DNA of 64,000 bases from Chrysomallon squamiferum (taxonomy: Eukaryota; Animalia; Mollusca): positions 6,200,001 to 6,264,000 of the forward strand of contig CM022673.1 in the NCBI GenBank assembly GCA_012295275.1, read 5' to 3'. Shown here in pieces: positions 23,751 to 36,926 of the stretch. Each line of letters starts with the position of its first letter. Position 1 is the stretch's first letter. The notes below the pieces were generated by a model that ran no database searches, was not told the DNA's origin, and was given only the letters and a program-made list of their open reading frames with translations. A program made the position numbers and the translations under genes.

Positions 23751-24894
23751 TGGACATGTATGTATAATTTTTATGTATATAATTGCATTATTGTATATAA
23801 TCAGGCTATTACTATGTACAGCATGCTTCTGATATATTTCTACGACAAATTCCGTGTATAAAATCTATATCAGCTTATCAGTCTTTATTTTTTAAATTCT
23901 TCAATCTCTTGTCCTTCCAGCTCATCATCCTCTTTTATTACATTGGTCTTCATAAAATCACAAATAATTTCGGTTCAGAAGAATTGCTTTCAAAATATGA
24001 CACTCTCTCTTTTTTTCTTCTTCTTTTTTTTCGCACGAAAATGCTTTGTTCATTATCATTTTCAATATCATCTTTTTGGGGGTATTTTTCATTATCAAAG
24101 CTTTCGCAGAGTCACTAACCATTCAAGAAAGATTCGTTCTTTGTGAGTTTTCTATTTACTCGTGTCAGGTATTTTCGTCTTAACGACATCCGTTGCAGAG
24201 CAGAAGTTTCTGCAATAATGAAGATCCCTCGCTCTCGAGCATAATGCTTTCATAGTCGCGAAGAAGTAGCCATGTATCTTAAGCTGACACTTATTGCGTA
24301 CATTTTTTGCACATCTAAATGAGATTGGGTAAAGCTTAGTTTACAGTAATATTCAAAACAATATGTGTTATCACGTAATGTTTCCCAACAGAGACGAAAG
24401 GTAAGTGGGGATTTTTTTTTTGTGTTTTTTTTTTTTTTCTGTTTGTTTGTGAACGATCGGTTATAATAACGCCTCATAATGATGGAAAAAATGAGTTGTC
24501 GTTCTTGATCTTTATTTTTTTTTTTTTTTTACATTAAAAAACCCACCAAAAAACCATAAATAAATAAATAAAGATGATAAAAAAAAAAATAATAATAATA
24601 ATAAAAGAAAAATATATAGTAAAAAAAAAAAAAAAAAATAAAATAAAATAAAATTTATGAAATAAAAATGATAAATAAAATAAATAAAATCTATGACGAA
24701 GAAAGCTGTGATTTATGACTGAAAGTTAAATTGTTATTTCGACCAAACTCCGAAATCGCTCCTTGGCATGCAATACATATTTCTGTAACCGAGATATCTG
24801 ATTTTGATAACGTTAAAATATTTTCACGCAAAAGCTAATGTGGAATCGTAAACTAATCAATAGAAAGTGAAAAAGCTCAATAAATAGAAGTGAT

Positions 24895-25130
24895 AAACGT
24901 ATTCTAAAATGACTGTCACTTTTGTTTCAAAATGACTTTATTGAAAGTATTCATACAAACGTATTTTAAAATGACTCAAAGTATTATTGCAAAATCACTT
25001 TTAGTACAAGTGATCATAAAACATTTCAGAATCATCACCGTCAGTGTTATTGCAAAAACATTTTTAGTTCAAGCTGTGGTATTTTAAAATGACTGTCAGT
25101 ATTACCCCAGTATGACTGTCAGTAAGTGTA
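24895..25130. repeat. Degenerate tandem repeat, about 62-bp unit, about 4 copies
   Basis: Recurrent GTATTYTAAAATGACT(GTCA) and TTATTGCAAAA..TTTTAGTWCAAG; a further AAAATGACTGTC copy near 25311. Confidence 0.65.
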
Positions 25131-26617
25131 AAGGACAGCTAATAATGCAGACGACACAGTTGTTCTTATTTGTTAGAGCAACTGATCTGAAGGAAGCAAA
25201 AGTTTGAGTGAAAACGATCATTCAGTCTTAACCCAGAATGTATCTCAGTGCAAATGACCACTCATTTAGACTTACCGAAAAGGAGTAACATTCCTTCAGT
25301 GTGAATTTTCAAAATGACTGTCTATAAAAATCGATCTTACATTTTTTTCTCATCAGATTTTTTTATTCTTTTCCTTTATATATATATATATTGTTTTTGG
25401 TCAGGATGCTTTCAAAAAATTACTATGTTTACCTCCAACGCAATATAAGAAATACCTTCATTTGCCTGTTTTTGACTTTTCGTTACTCTGTATTCCAACC
25501 CGATAATTTATCAGTATATTTTATCATTCACTCGTTTTTGTTTTTTTTTTTTTTTTTTTTTCTCTTATTTCAGTTATGTTTTAACTTCCTGCAATTGAAA
25601 TGCAGACCACTTATTTGATATAACGTATAATACAACCTATAATACTAGCATTGTATTGCATGCCTTAAGGCTGTTTAAATATTATGAAAGATACGTTTCA
25701 TTCTTCTGTTTTTTTTTCTAAATTTTTTCATTTCCATGCACTTTTATGAAGAAAATTTGGGGTTTTTTGGGGGTGGGGAAGGTTGTTGTTGTTGTTGGAT
25801 ATTTCAGTGACAAATAGTTGTTTGTTTTATTATGTAGCTACAAGGGAATCAGGGAGCAAAATAAAAATGTAAAGTTACTCCTGTTTTTTTTTTTTTTAAA
25901 TTTTCTTTATGATGAAATTCGTTTAATCTCGAAAGTCGTCATAATGTAATCAGTGAGTGTGTCTTTTTAAAAAAAAAAAAAAAAAAAAACAATACTGGAT
26001 ATAATTATTTTATTTTATTAGGAGTTTCATAATGAATGGTACTTTAAACAGAAGTATATTTTAGCAATATTTCCATCACGTTTGTCTTCATAATTATTAA
26101 CAGTTGTATATTGTAATGTTGGTATTTTTTCCTTATCCTTATTGTAATTGTTATTTTCATGTTGTCAGGAAAATACTATTACAATTTTATTTCCGTCTTC
26201 AGCCCGAAAAAAAGTGCCTTCTGATTGGTCAATTTTAAGTCAATAGAAAAACGCGCAGAACAAATTAAGCGAAAAGAAAATAATGGTAGACAAAAGAAAT
26301 ATGTAATCACTATGATAAATTCTTTGACGTCAGTTTGCTTTTTTGTCGCTGGTTTATAAATAAAACAGTATTAAAAAAACAACTTTAAAAACAAAAAAAC
26401 AAATACAACAACAACAAAAAACAACAACAACCAAACAACAGAAAAAACAACAACAACAAACAACCAAATAAAAAACAAAGCAACAAAACAAAAGCAAACA
26501 AACAACAACAAAAATTTTACCTTTTTTCTGTCATTTTTTAATTTTAAAAATGAAAATTCAAAACAAATAAAAAAAAAAAAAAAAAAAACAAAAAACAAAA
26601 AACAACAACAAAAGAAT

Positions 26618-26658
<41 letters not shown>

Positions 26659-27360
26659 AGAAGAAATAATAAAAAAAAGGGGGGTTATAATATTACAGAT
26701 TGCAATTTCCGGAGTACACCGGTGAATGACCGCTGCCATCCGATGTCTGCATTTTCCTACAGCTTTCGGCTTTTATCATGGAAGTTCTTGCAGCTTCGTG
26801 TCAAAAAAGAGATGCGTTTACAACAGGCCTTATTGTACAGCTACGGGTTCTCTTTTGTCCCTGAACAATCATTTTTCATTTAACACGATCCATCCATTAG
26901 TTAGGAAAGACAATCGAACGTCATCATTATATCACTCTCATAAAGAATTTTGTTCAGGTAATTTTTTTTATTATTACTATTATTATTATTTTAAATTTGT
27001 TGTTCAAAGATGAAATTCATTTTATTATAAAGAACAAAATGAATGGCAATGTGCACGGTAATGATATAACGGCAAAAGTAGTAAGAACAGAAAAAGTAGC
27101 AGCAGCAGAAGCAGCTGAAGAATGAAGTAATACTTGCTGTTGTTTTAGTAGTATTAGCAGCAGTAGTAATAACAGTATCAGGAGTATTGTTGTAATTATC
27201 GTTATGATAATACTATTATTATTATTGTTGTTGTTGTTGTTCTGTTATTGTAGTAGTTGTTGTTTTATCATCATCATGGTCATTCGTCAACCTTATTATT
27301 TTATTATTACTTTGTTGTTATTGTTATTATTATTATTATGATTATTATTAGTAGTATTAT

Positions 27361-27401
<41 letters not shown>

Positions 27402-28502
27402 CAGTGGTGGTGGTAGTAGTAAAAACTGCAGTGTTGAAAATAGCAATACAATTGTAGTAACAGTAATAACATTAGTAATGTAACCTGACGTTTTAATTAT
27501 AAACAATCGCATCCGGGTTTCAAACCCATTTATCATATTATACATGCATGCAGACACACTTTCGAGCACGTATCAAAATAATTACATCAAAAGGATGTTT
27601 CCTATTTTCGTTGACCATATTATATCGTCTGTTGCCTTCCATTAAACGAAAACATCAAAAGTTCTTTCTTTCGCTTTCGTATTTTGAAAGAAGGTGTTTA
27701 TTTCTCTATTTAAATTACTCTGCTAATGTGATTAGGTTATTTGTGAAATGTCTACGGAAGTCTTCTTCATCAAAGATCTTTTTATAACGCTCTGTTTTTG
27801 GATCTCTCGTTAAACTTAAAAGCTTTATACTGAGATGGTTGGTTTAACCGCTAACCGTTCATTAAAGGTTGTAAAAAAGTTTTATAATTCTTCTTGTTCT
27901 TGTTCTTCTTCTTCTTCTTCTTTTTCTTCTTCTTCTTCTTATTATTATTATTGTTATTATTTTCATGATAATAATAATCATCAAAATAACGAAAAAAATT
28001 ATCATAATCCTTATAATATTCTTTCATTAATATTTAAAATTTTTTCTTTATTTTTTTTATTGTTTGTTTGTTGTGAAACTAACTTTCTTTTCGTTTCGTT
28101 GTTGTTTTTTTTTTAATTATTATTTTTCTTTTTAAATATATTTTTCATTTGAATGCTTTAAACCATATTTTAAAATCTTTATTTGTAGTCGATCCACTGA
28201 TGACAACAGACAACTGAGCCGGTATCTCGTTATTTTATGTAATATAATTCTGTAGCTTTGGTGAACAGGTAGAGATGACATGAACAAGCTGAACATCATT
28301 CATAATGAAAAGATTCGTTAAACGTCCCACCCGTACCAAATAAACAAACAAATAAATATATTTTTATACATATAAAAATAAATAAATAAATAAATAAAAA
28401 AAATTTTAAAAAAAATTTAAAAAGTTGAAATAAAGTAAAAGATGTCTCCTTTTTACGCTGAATATGAGAAATGATTTTCTCCATGCAACGTTCTCACTGG
28501 CC

Positions 28503-28560
28503 AGTAATATATCCTGTCACGAAGTAATATATCCTGTAACGATGTAATATATCCTGGAAC
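28503..28560. repeat. 3 x 20-bp tandem repeat
   Basis: (A/T)GTAATATATCCTG followed by TCACGA / TAACGA / GAAC. Confidence 0.85.
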
Positions 28561-29151
28561 CTTTCCTTGAAAAATTTCAGGATAATCTTCCTGCGCAAGA
28601 AAATGCGTCGGCTACTGGATATAACAAAAAACAAAAATAAAAAAGCCGTCCTCGTTTAATCTGAAAACATCTGGAACGTCAAATTCAACACGAAGACTAG
28701 TTGACAAATCTGATACTTTTGCAATCAAACATAGAATCATACTCGGACACAACAAAAAGAAGTCCCCGGATAGGACTGCATTGTGAAAAGAATTACAGAA
28801 TGGCTCCCCCACCACTAAAACAAAAAGGGCAAAAAACAACAACAACAAAAACCCACAAAAAAACCCAACAAGCAGTGGTATAAGTACTAGCGGAGACAGG
28901 CTCAATTTGGGAAAAAACCCATGTTATGTAGGATAAGTTTGCTGAGTTCAGTAACAATAAAAAAGAAGAAATGAACACACACACACACACACACACACAC
29001 AGGTAATTAAATGATAAATGATAATAATAAAATACTTGTATACACGTACACAAATACATACATACATACATACACATACAGAAACATAACTAACATATAA
29101 CACATACACACATAACACAAAGTATACATATATGTGTGTGTGTGTGTGTGT

Positions 29152-29154
<3 letters not shown>

Positions 29155-29237
<83 letters not shown>
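29155..29237. repeat. (TA)n microsatellite
   Basis: Direct reading. Confidence 0.95.
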
Positions 29238-29243
<6 letters not shown>

Positions 29244-30044
29244 ATCAGACAGGCATGAACACTATTTCACTATTAAATTGTTATCCGTATTCGAAGTGGG
29301 AATGTCTGACGTCTTCGGGCTAAGACAGCAATTATTAAAAATACTTTTTAAATGCTCTGAACAAATTTCCAGATTTGTGGCTAGACACAACAGGAAACAT
29401 TAACAGAATTCCGCTGACGCTAGAAAAGGAGATCACCAGAGGAATACTTTTGGGCAAGGACTTTTTGAAAACAAAAGTTTAACCTTGGACGTTCAGACCC
29501 AGGTTTGATGTAACGAAATGTCAGAATCGAACGAGTCCACGTGGCACTGCAGGGGGTCACGTTACCATTTCTGCACATGGATGGATAAATACGATTTCAG
29601 CAACAATAATCTCCCAGTGCCACGCGATGCCGCTAAACCAGTATCAAAGAGACATGGCCAGATTAGCGAAAAAAGGACGGAACCCGATTTTAACAAATCC
29701 CAGTTGCATATTCCGCAAGACGAAGAAAGTAATTTTATTATCTCTTATTTGCTCAGCAGTCAGCTGGGCTAGAATCGAATAGAAATCAGCTGGAAGAGAA
29801 AATTCGATATAGAGTTACAATAGATTTCGAGAAAGGTTAGATCTTCAAATATGCTCGTCTCTGGGAAAATAGTTCTCAAGTAAATTGTGAGATTTCTCGC
29901 TGGCAAAGGCACCCCGTGGACGCTCTTAATTAAACGTAGAAGTCAAACGTGAATATTATTCTCTTTCAAACTTCTTGTTACATCTTTTTATAAATGTTTT
30001 TCATACACAGTAAATCGTGATGAATATACAAATGTTCGTGTTGT

Positions 30045-30510
30045 TACTACTGCTACCACAACCAGTACAACGTTATTCCTATTACTTCTCCGACTACTAT
30101 TACCACAACTAATACTACTACTACTACTTCCACTATTACTACTACTGTTGATACTATTACTACTATTGCTATTACTATTACTACTACCACTACTACTTCC
30201 ACTATTACTATTCCTAACATTACTACTACTGATAATACTGCTAGTACTTTTCTAGTACAACTATTACTTCTACTACAACAGTTAAAACTATGGTTATTTT
30301 GGCTACTACTTACTACTACTACTACTATAACAAAGCGTTTGTTATTTAATTATGCTTTCATTTAACATGTATTTTATAAATGTAGTATTAGGAGTAGTAG
30401 TAGCAGTAGTGGTACCCGCAGTACTAGTGATTTTAATTGTACTAGAAGTAATAATAACAATAGGAGTAGTGGTAAACGTAGTAGATGTAGCAGTAGCAGT
30501 AAGAGTAGTT
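30045..30510. repeat. Degenerate (ACT)n tract followed by degenerate (AGT)n tract
   Basis: Direct reading. Confidence 0.8.
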
Positions 30511-30919
30511 ATTTTTGTATTAACTCCAACGTAAGTGGTTGTATATTCATAACAATTTATTTCATGAAGCCAAAATTAACTTTTCTACTACTGTTGAAAC
30601 TGTTAAAACGTGAACACTTTTTTATCGCAACATTTTTTTAAATTTAATTTTTTTTTTTTTTTTTTTTTTTTTAAATTCAAATCTGGTCCTTCAAAAGAAC
30701 AGTTGGGTTTTTTCATTCGGAATGACAAAAAATAAAAATTCAAGGTTATATGAACTTCATGACTTTTAAATATTTTTGTCTGCTTCGTACGACAAACCCT
30801 TCTCGGTCGTCATGAAAATAGCATTATATTTTTATCTGTCTGAATGCTGATGCCACAGATTCGTAAAAATAAATCACGTTGAAGAGAGGAGATCAGCAAG
30901 TAAAAGTTGTTGGTTTTTT

Positions 30920-31230
30920 TGGTTAGAGTTAGGATTATTGTTAGGGTAATGGGTTTTGTTACGGTTAGAGTTAGGGTTGGGAATCGGATTAGGGTTAGGG
31001 TTAGTGTTGGGGTTAAGATTACGGTTAGGATTTGTTAGTGTTAGTGTCAGGTTTAGGGTCAGAGTAAGGGTTAGCTTTAGGGTTAGGGTTAGGGTTAGTG
31101 TTGGGATTAGTGTTAGTTTAGGATTAGGGCTAGAGTTAGGGCTGGTATTAGATTTAGTGTTAGTTTTAATTTTAATTTTAATTTTATAATTAGGTTATTG
31201 GGTATACTGCTTAGGGTTAGGATTAGTGTT
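30920..31230 (+). repeat. Degenerate interstitial (TTAGGG)n-like hexamer tract
   Basis: Many GGTTAG/TTAGGG/TTAGTG variants; perfect (TTAGGG)3 at 31077-31094. Confidence 0.8.
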
Positions 31231-31849
31231 TTCATTTGAATATGATGAGGTTTATGGACAGACTGAATACTAGGGTTAAGATCATCTGTCTGTCAGCTGA
31301 AGGCCTATCTATCTATCTACTTATATATATATATATATATATATTATTGTAGGAAAATGTTTTATTTTTATTTTCAAATTCAGATACTCCACTGTTGCTT
31401 TCTGTGGCAGAAATAACACCGTGCATTAGTTCAATAAAATGCGTGCATCACTATCTGTAAAAGTTTAATTCATAAGGTTGTGGTAGCAGACATTTAATGA
31501 ACGGTAAATGAAACCATTTACCATTGTGATGCACCACTGAATGGACGACTGTGATTTAATTGTTTTAACTTAAAATATTCTGTTGATAGCGGCCAGCGTA
31601 GATATTATCTCGTATAAGGTGTTAATTTTTTTTTTATTCAGCGATTTTGATAAAGTTTTAACTGCTAATGGTGCTTTGAAACGTAAGTCTTGCGAAACTT
31701 TTATTTTTAGAGGATATATGTTTATGTAGATTTTAAAGTCATGGGTTTTATTCGAAATAGAAATGTTTTAGAAATAAATAATTTGGAAACAAAGGATGTA
31801 AAATAAATGCTAAAATTATTTAATTCAAGTATCTCTGTCTGTCTGTCTG

Positions 31850-31962
<113 letters not shown>

Positions 31963-32801
31963 AGTTGAATATTCTTAGGAATGAATAGTTACTGCTTCCT
32001 TTCATAGCTTTTTAATCTCTAAGTATTAAATAGTGGTTAAAGCACAGAATATTAAAGAAGATATATAGATAGAAAGCAGACATAAAGACAGGTGTGTATG
32101 TGTATATAGATATATATGCAAAGATCCATCAAAGAGAAAACAATAGATAGATAGATAGATAGATAGATAGACAGATAGACAGACAGAGTCACACAGCCAG
32201 ATGGACAAATAGAATAAATATTTAAAGAATTAAACTGGTAGACAAACAGACAGATAGTAAATCTTACACAGATATACATCGGCCTTTCTTTCTGTATTTA
32301 CACAAAAACAGACAGACAAACAAACACTTAGCCAGAGAAACAGTTATATGAAAAAAACATGCAAGCAGACTGCAAAACAAATACACCCAAACTTGACTAG
32401 CACGCAATAAACTTGCCGTTTTCTTTACTATAGATTTTATTTGATGTTTATTTTATTGATATTACAAGGGGAGAATTTGTTGAGTGTGACAGAGTTTATG
32501 TAGATGAAAAAAGCACTAACATTACTGAATTACAGACCATTTCAACTTACAAGTTAGAAAATAAAAATGTTATTTATTAAGTGTGTACTTTGATAAAGGA
32601 CCAAGATAAAGAATTAATGTTAATTCTTTTATATTTGTTTTATTTTGTTTGTTGTTTTTGTTTTGTTTTTTAGTGGTTACGATAATGTAGATAAGAAAAA
32701 TAAATAAGCAAATAAATAAATACATAAATAAATAATAATGTACAACCGTCGAAATTGTCTTTAAAAGTGTTTTTCTTATTAAAATATTCAGTTCCCTCAG
32801 C

Positions 32802-32803
<2 letters not shown>

Positions 32804-32894
<91 letters not shown>
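32804..32894. repeat. (CT)n microsatellite
   Basis: Direct reading. Confidence 0.95.
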
Positions 32895-32895
<1 letters not shown>

Positions 32896-34874
32896 GTCTG
32901 TCTTGAAATACAACAACAACAACAACACTAATGATAACAAAAATAATTAGAAGAAGAAGAAGCAGAAGCAGAAAAAGAAGAAGAAAGGCTGATTGACTGA
33001 TTGATTCACTCACTCACTTATAGTGTATCTGACAGGTCGGCTGAGTTTTTTTTTTTATTTGTTCACTGAAAAGGTAAGCACGAATGACTGAAGTCGAAAA
33101 TGAGGGGAAAAAACTGAGTAACGAGAGGGATGAAATAAAACATAAGTGAAAGCTCGAGTTAACAACTGACTGGTTTCATCAGTGTGTAATGAACACACGG
33201 GCCGTTTGCTGCAGTGATTAAAACAGGGATATTAATTAACACCGCATTGATTGGCTGGTGGACGTCAATTGGATTTCTGGATTTCTGCATTTCTGGATGA
33301 CTTGACGGATGGATGGTCGGATCATTAGTTCCATTGCGTTATTTCACGGACTGCTTCGTAAGACAAGAATTTAACCTTGTTATTCATATCCAGCTGCAGT
33401 CAGGGAAAATTAGCCTAGATTTTGTTTAATGTTTTTTTAATTTTTATTTAAAAAAAAAAAATTAATGATTTTTTTTGATACATTACGTATTTCTGGTTTG
33501 TGTCAGTAAAAATAAAGATGAATATAGGAATGTGATTATGTTGATGATGAAGATGATGATACTGATGATGATGATCTGTGTTTTGTGTGTGTATGTGTGT
33601 ATTTATCCATACACATATATTCATTTATCTACGTTTGTTTCCTTATTGCATTATAATAGTGTTCATTGCTGCTACTACTACAATTGCTAGTATTTCTATT
33701 TCTACTATTACTATTATTGTTGTTGTTTTTGTTATCGATATTATTATTATTATTATTATTCTTATTATGATTATTATTATATTATTATTATTATTGCTTT
33801 TATTAATAACGTCACTTACAAGCGCCTGCTTTTGCTCAGACAGAAAAAATAACAGATAAATATTAAATTAATTTTTTGAAGATTAAAAAACAATAAATAA
33901 ATAAGTAAATGCGAATATGCGCTTTTAACCACTGCGTTTGTGTTTATAGGTTTATATTATAATTTATGATTAATTAAAATGTACTGGATGAATTGTAATT
34001 GTTATTAAAATATAAACACATTAAGACAAAATATTATTATTGCTTTCCTTCTTTTAACCTCTCGAAGTCATCAACATCGTTATTTTTGTTCTGTTAACTG
34101 CTAAGCCAATTTTTGTTGAAATAGTTTTAAAATTGAACAATTTTCGATAAATTTTACAGAGATTTATTTAAATGTTTCCGTTACAAACTGTCTCAGTTTT
34201 CTGTTATCATATCCTAAATTAATGTCTGTGATTTGTTTTTCTGCGTCTGTGATTTTGTTTTGTTTTTGTTTTCATATGAAGCTTACGCTCTTTTATTTGT
34301 ATTATTATTGTTGTTACTGCTACTGTTTTATTTTATTATCCTCTCTCTCTCTGTCTGTCTGTCTGTCTGTCTGTCTCCTTCTCTCTGTCTCTAGTTTTAT
34401 GTTTATTACTAATAAATAGTAATTTGGTTTAATAATGATCACTGTCAGTTCATATTCATTATTCACTGTTTGCAATGCATAATATATTTATATCTGTTAT
34501 GACAGCATATTTCTTACTTTTATTTTTTCTTCTTGATTGCTATTATTTTTATCATCATTATCATCATAATTAATATTGTTGTTGTTGTTGTCATCATCAT
34601 TATTAACAATTATTTTCTTCCTATGTTTTCTTCCGAATGATAGTTATTTGTTTATTTATTTATTTATTTATTTATTTATTCTGTTATTTATTTTTTTCTT
34701 TTATTTATTTATTTATTCACTTATTTATTTTATTTTATTTTATACAATTATTTATTTATTTAATTGTTTATTTCCATCAGAAGTTGAATCCAGTGATATC
34801 GCTTTCACTTCACGTGGAATTAATCCAACACATTGTTATTAATGGCAGTAAAAGTTTTATATTTACTTGAATAT

Positions 34875-34940
34875 TACCAGGGTTGGTTGAATCATTTGGT
34901 GTATGAAACCCGAGGTGCTTGGATCGAATACCAGTTCCAC
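34875..34940 (+). mobile_element. Possible highly decayed tRNA-derived SINE head
   Basis: B-box-like GGATCGAATACC at 34921 with a weak upstream A box. Confidence 0.25.
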
Positions 34941-35202
34941 TGTTTCGGGTAGACACCCCTGATTGATGATGCATTGTTTGCCATAACACTCTAACTTCGA
35001 TTTTCAGTGTATTATTCATTTTTCCAGTAATCTGACCGGTTGATTACTGTATTATTCAAGTATTAAAAATACTGAGAAAAAAGGCTATAGTTTTAATGCT
35101 GAGTGGAGCATTAATATAATTAGAAGGAAAAAAATCCAAAATTAAAAAATAATAATAATAATAATAATAATAATTTAAAAAAATAAATAAATAACAATAA
35201 AA

Positions 35203-35235
<33 letters not shown>

Positions 35236-35401
35236 AAAAAAGAAAATATATATTAAACAAAACAAAATAAAGGAAACTAGAACGAAATAAATGAATAAAT
35301 AAAAAAAAATTAATAAAGAAATAAAATAAAATAAAAATTTGTAAGAATATAGTTTATATTTCGGGGATAAAAAAATAGTTAAAAATACCAATACCAATAA
35401 T

Positions 35402-35403
<2 letters not shown>

Positions 35404-35461
<58 letters not shown>

Positions 35462-35470
35462 AAGAAGAAT
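35404..35470. repeat. (AAT)n(AAG)n microsatellite
   Basis: Direct reading. Confidence 0.9.
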
Positions 35471-36063
35471 AACAACAACACTAATAAATAAATAAAATAT
35501 TGAAGATTACTGGAGAAAGGAAAATCACGTGTCTAGAATGTAGTTTTTAACTGTCACGTGCGACCTAGAACAGACCAGCCAACTACTATTAACGATTACT
35601 TTGCCAGCTGAATGCACTCGTGTGTGCTAACCTTAATGCCAGCAGAAGATACATAACATAAAACAATGCAAAATACGTGATCCAAACAACAACAAATATA
35701 CAAAATGAATTTTAATTTACAAGTAATAGTTTAATAGTCGAATTGTAACAAGAATATTGCTTTATGCTTTCCCTCGTTTAGCTTACTATGAAAGTTTGTA
35801 ATTTTTCAGTTCTTATACAAAAATTGTAGGAAACACATTACTGGTATAATTTATTTTACAATTTTTTTTTTTTTTTTATGGTAATCTTTTGTTTTTTGTT
35901 TGTTATATTTATCTTTGTAGTTATTTTTTATGTGTATGTAAGTTTATCATTCATTCATACGTTATATGTTTGCGTGACTGTGCAGGATATAGAAAATTCA
36001 TCAGCGTTTCTGACAAATGTTGCCGATTACAGTTTGTACAGTAATTTAACCAGTCTCCTTTAT

Positions 36064-36926
36064 TTAGGACGAATTGTTTTCCGGTGAATTCTCCATTTTA
36101 CTGTCGACCTGTTCGTCGCTGCGTTTCCCAAGTCGGAGCATGCTCATTGGCCTCTTCCCAAGACGGAGCATGCTCATTGGTCGCTTGCCAAGTCGAAGCA
36201 TGTTCATTGGTCGCTTGCCAAGTCGAAGCATGCTCATTGGTCGCTTTCCTAATCTGAGCATGCCCAACTGTCGTTTTCCCATACGAATCATACTCATGGG
36301 TCGTTTTCCCAATCTAAGCATACTCATTGGTCGTTTTCCGAGTCGGAGCATGCCCAGTTGACGTTTTCCCAATCTAAGCATATTCATTGGCCGTTTTCCA
36401 AGTCGGAGCATGCCCAGTTGGCGTTTTCCCAATCTAAGCATGCTCATGGGTCGTTTACCAAGACGGAGCATACTCATCGGTCGCTTTTCTATCAAGTCTT
36501 TCAATTCTTCGTCATCCAGATCTTCACCGACGTCACCAAGTCCGTTCTCAACGTCGTCGGTGTTCTCTTCGTTCTCCAAAAAATCTTTCATCCATTTTTC
36601 CTCGTCCTCCTCCTCCTGTTCTTTTACCAAATCCGCCTCGTCCGGCTTGGAACTGTCGAACTCCGGCACCGATCGTTTCTGTCGTTCGGCTCCGTCGTAA
36701 CCTAGCTCGTGCGACAGCTGTTCGTTCTGGAGGTAATCGTACAGCCAGTCCAAATCGTTCTCTTGGGAGTCGCCCGCGTAAGGGGAGGCGCGCCCGAGTC
36801 GCAGCATGCCGAGTCCTCGTTTTCCCAAGCGAAGCATGTGCAACCCTCGGCCCAGTCTGGACATGTCGTACGATCTCTTCTGTCTGGATGCAGAGTCTTC
36901 GTTTTCAGCGGAGTCGTCTGTCAGAC
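36064..36926 (-). CDS. MYOMOD1: Myomodulin neuropeptide precursor, main (last) coding exon; 5' signal-peptide exon not securely located
   Basis: Acceptor ttcttgttttgcag at 36927, phase 1, then LTDDSAENEDSASRQKR-SYDMSRL-GR-GLHMLRL-GKR-GLGMLRL-GR, acidic spacers, and 12 xxxMxRx-GKR units including six copies of PMSMLRL (myomodulin A). Gly amide donors and dibasic cleavage sites are present; stop TAA ends at 36064. Confidence 0.96.
36121..36480 (-). repeat. Coding tandem array of 12 x 30 bp myomodulin peptide units
   Basis: Exact 30-nt periodicity. Order: PMSMLRL, PMSMLRL, QLGMLRL, PMNMLRL, QLGMLRL, PMSMLRL, PMSMIRM, QLGMLRL, PMSMLRL, PMNMLRL, PMSMLRL, PMSMLRL, each followed by GKR. Confidence 0.97.

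Noticed and set aside
29518-29772. 84-aa non-repetitive ORF
   Set aside because: No recognisable domain, splice context or partner exons; cannot be supported without a database search.
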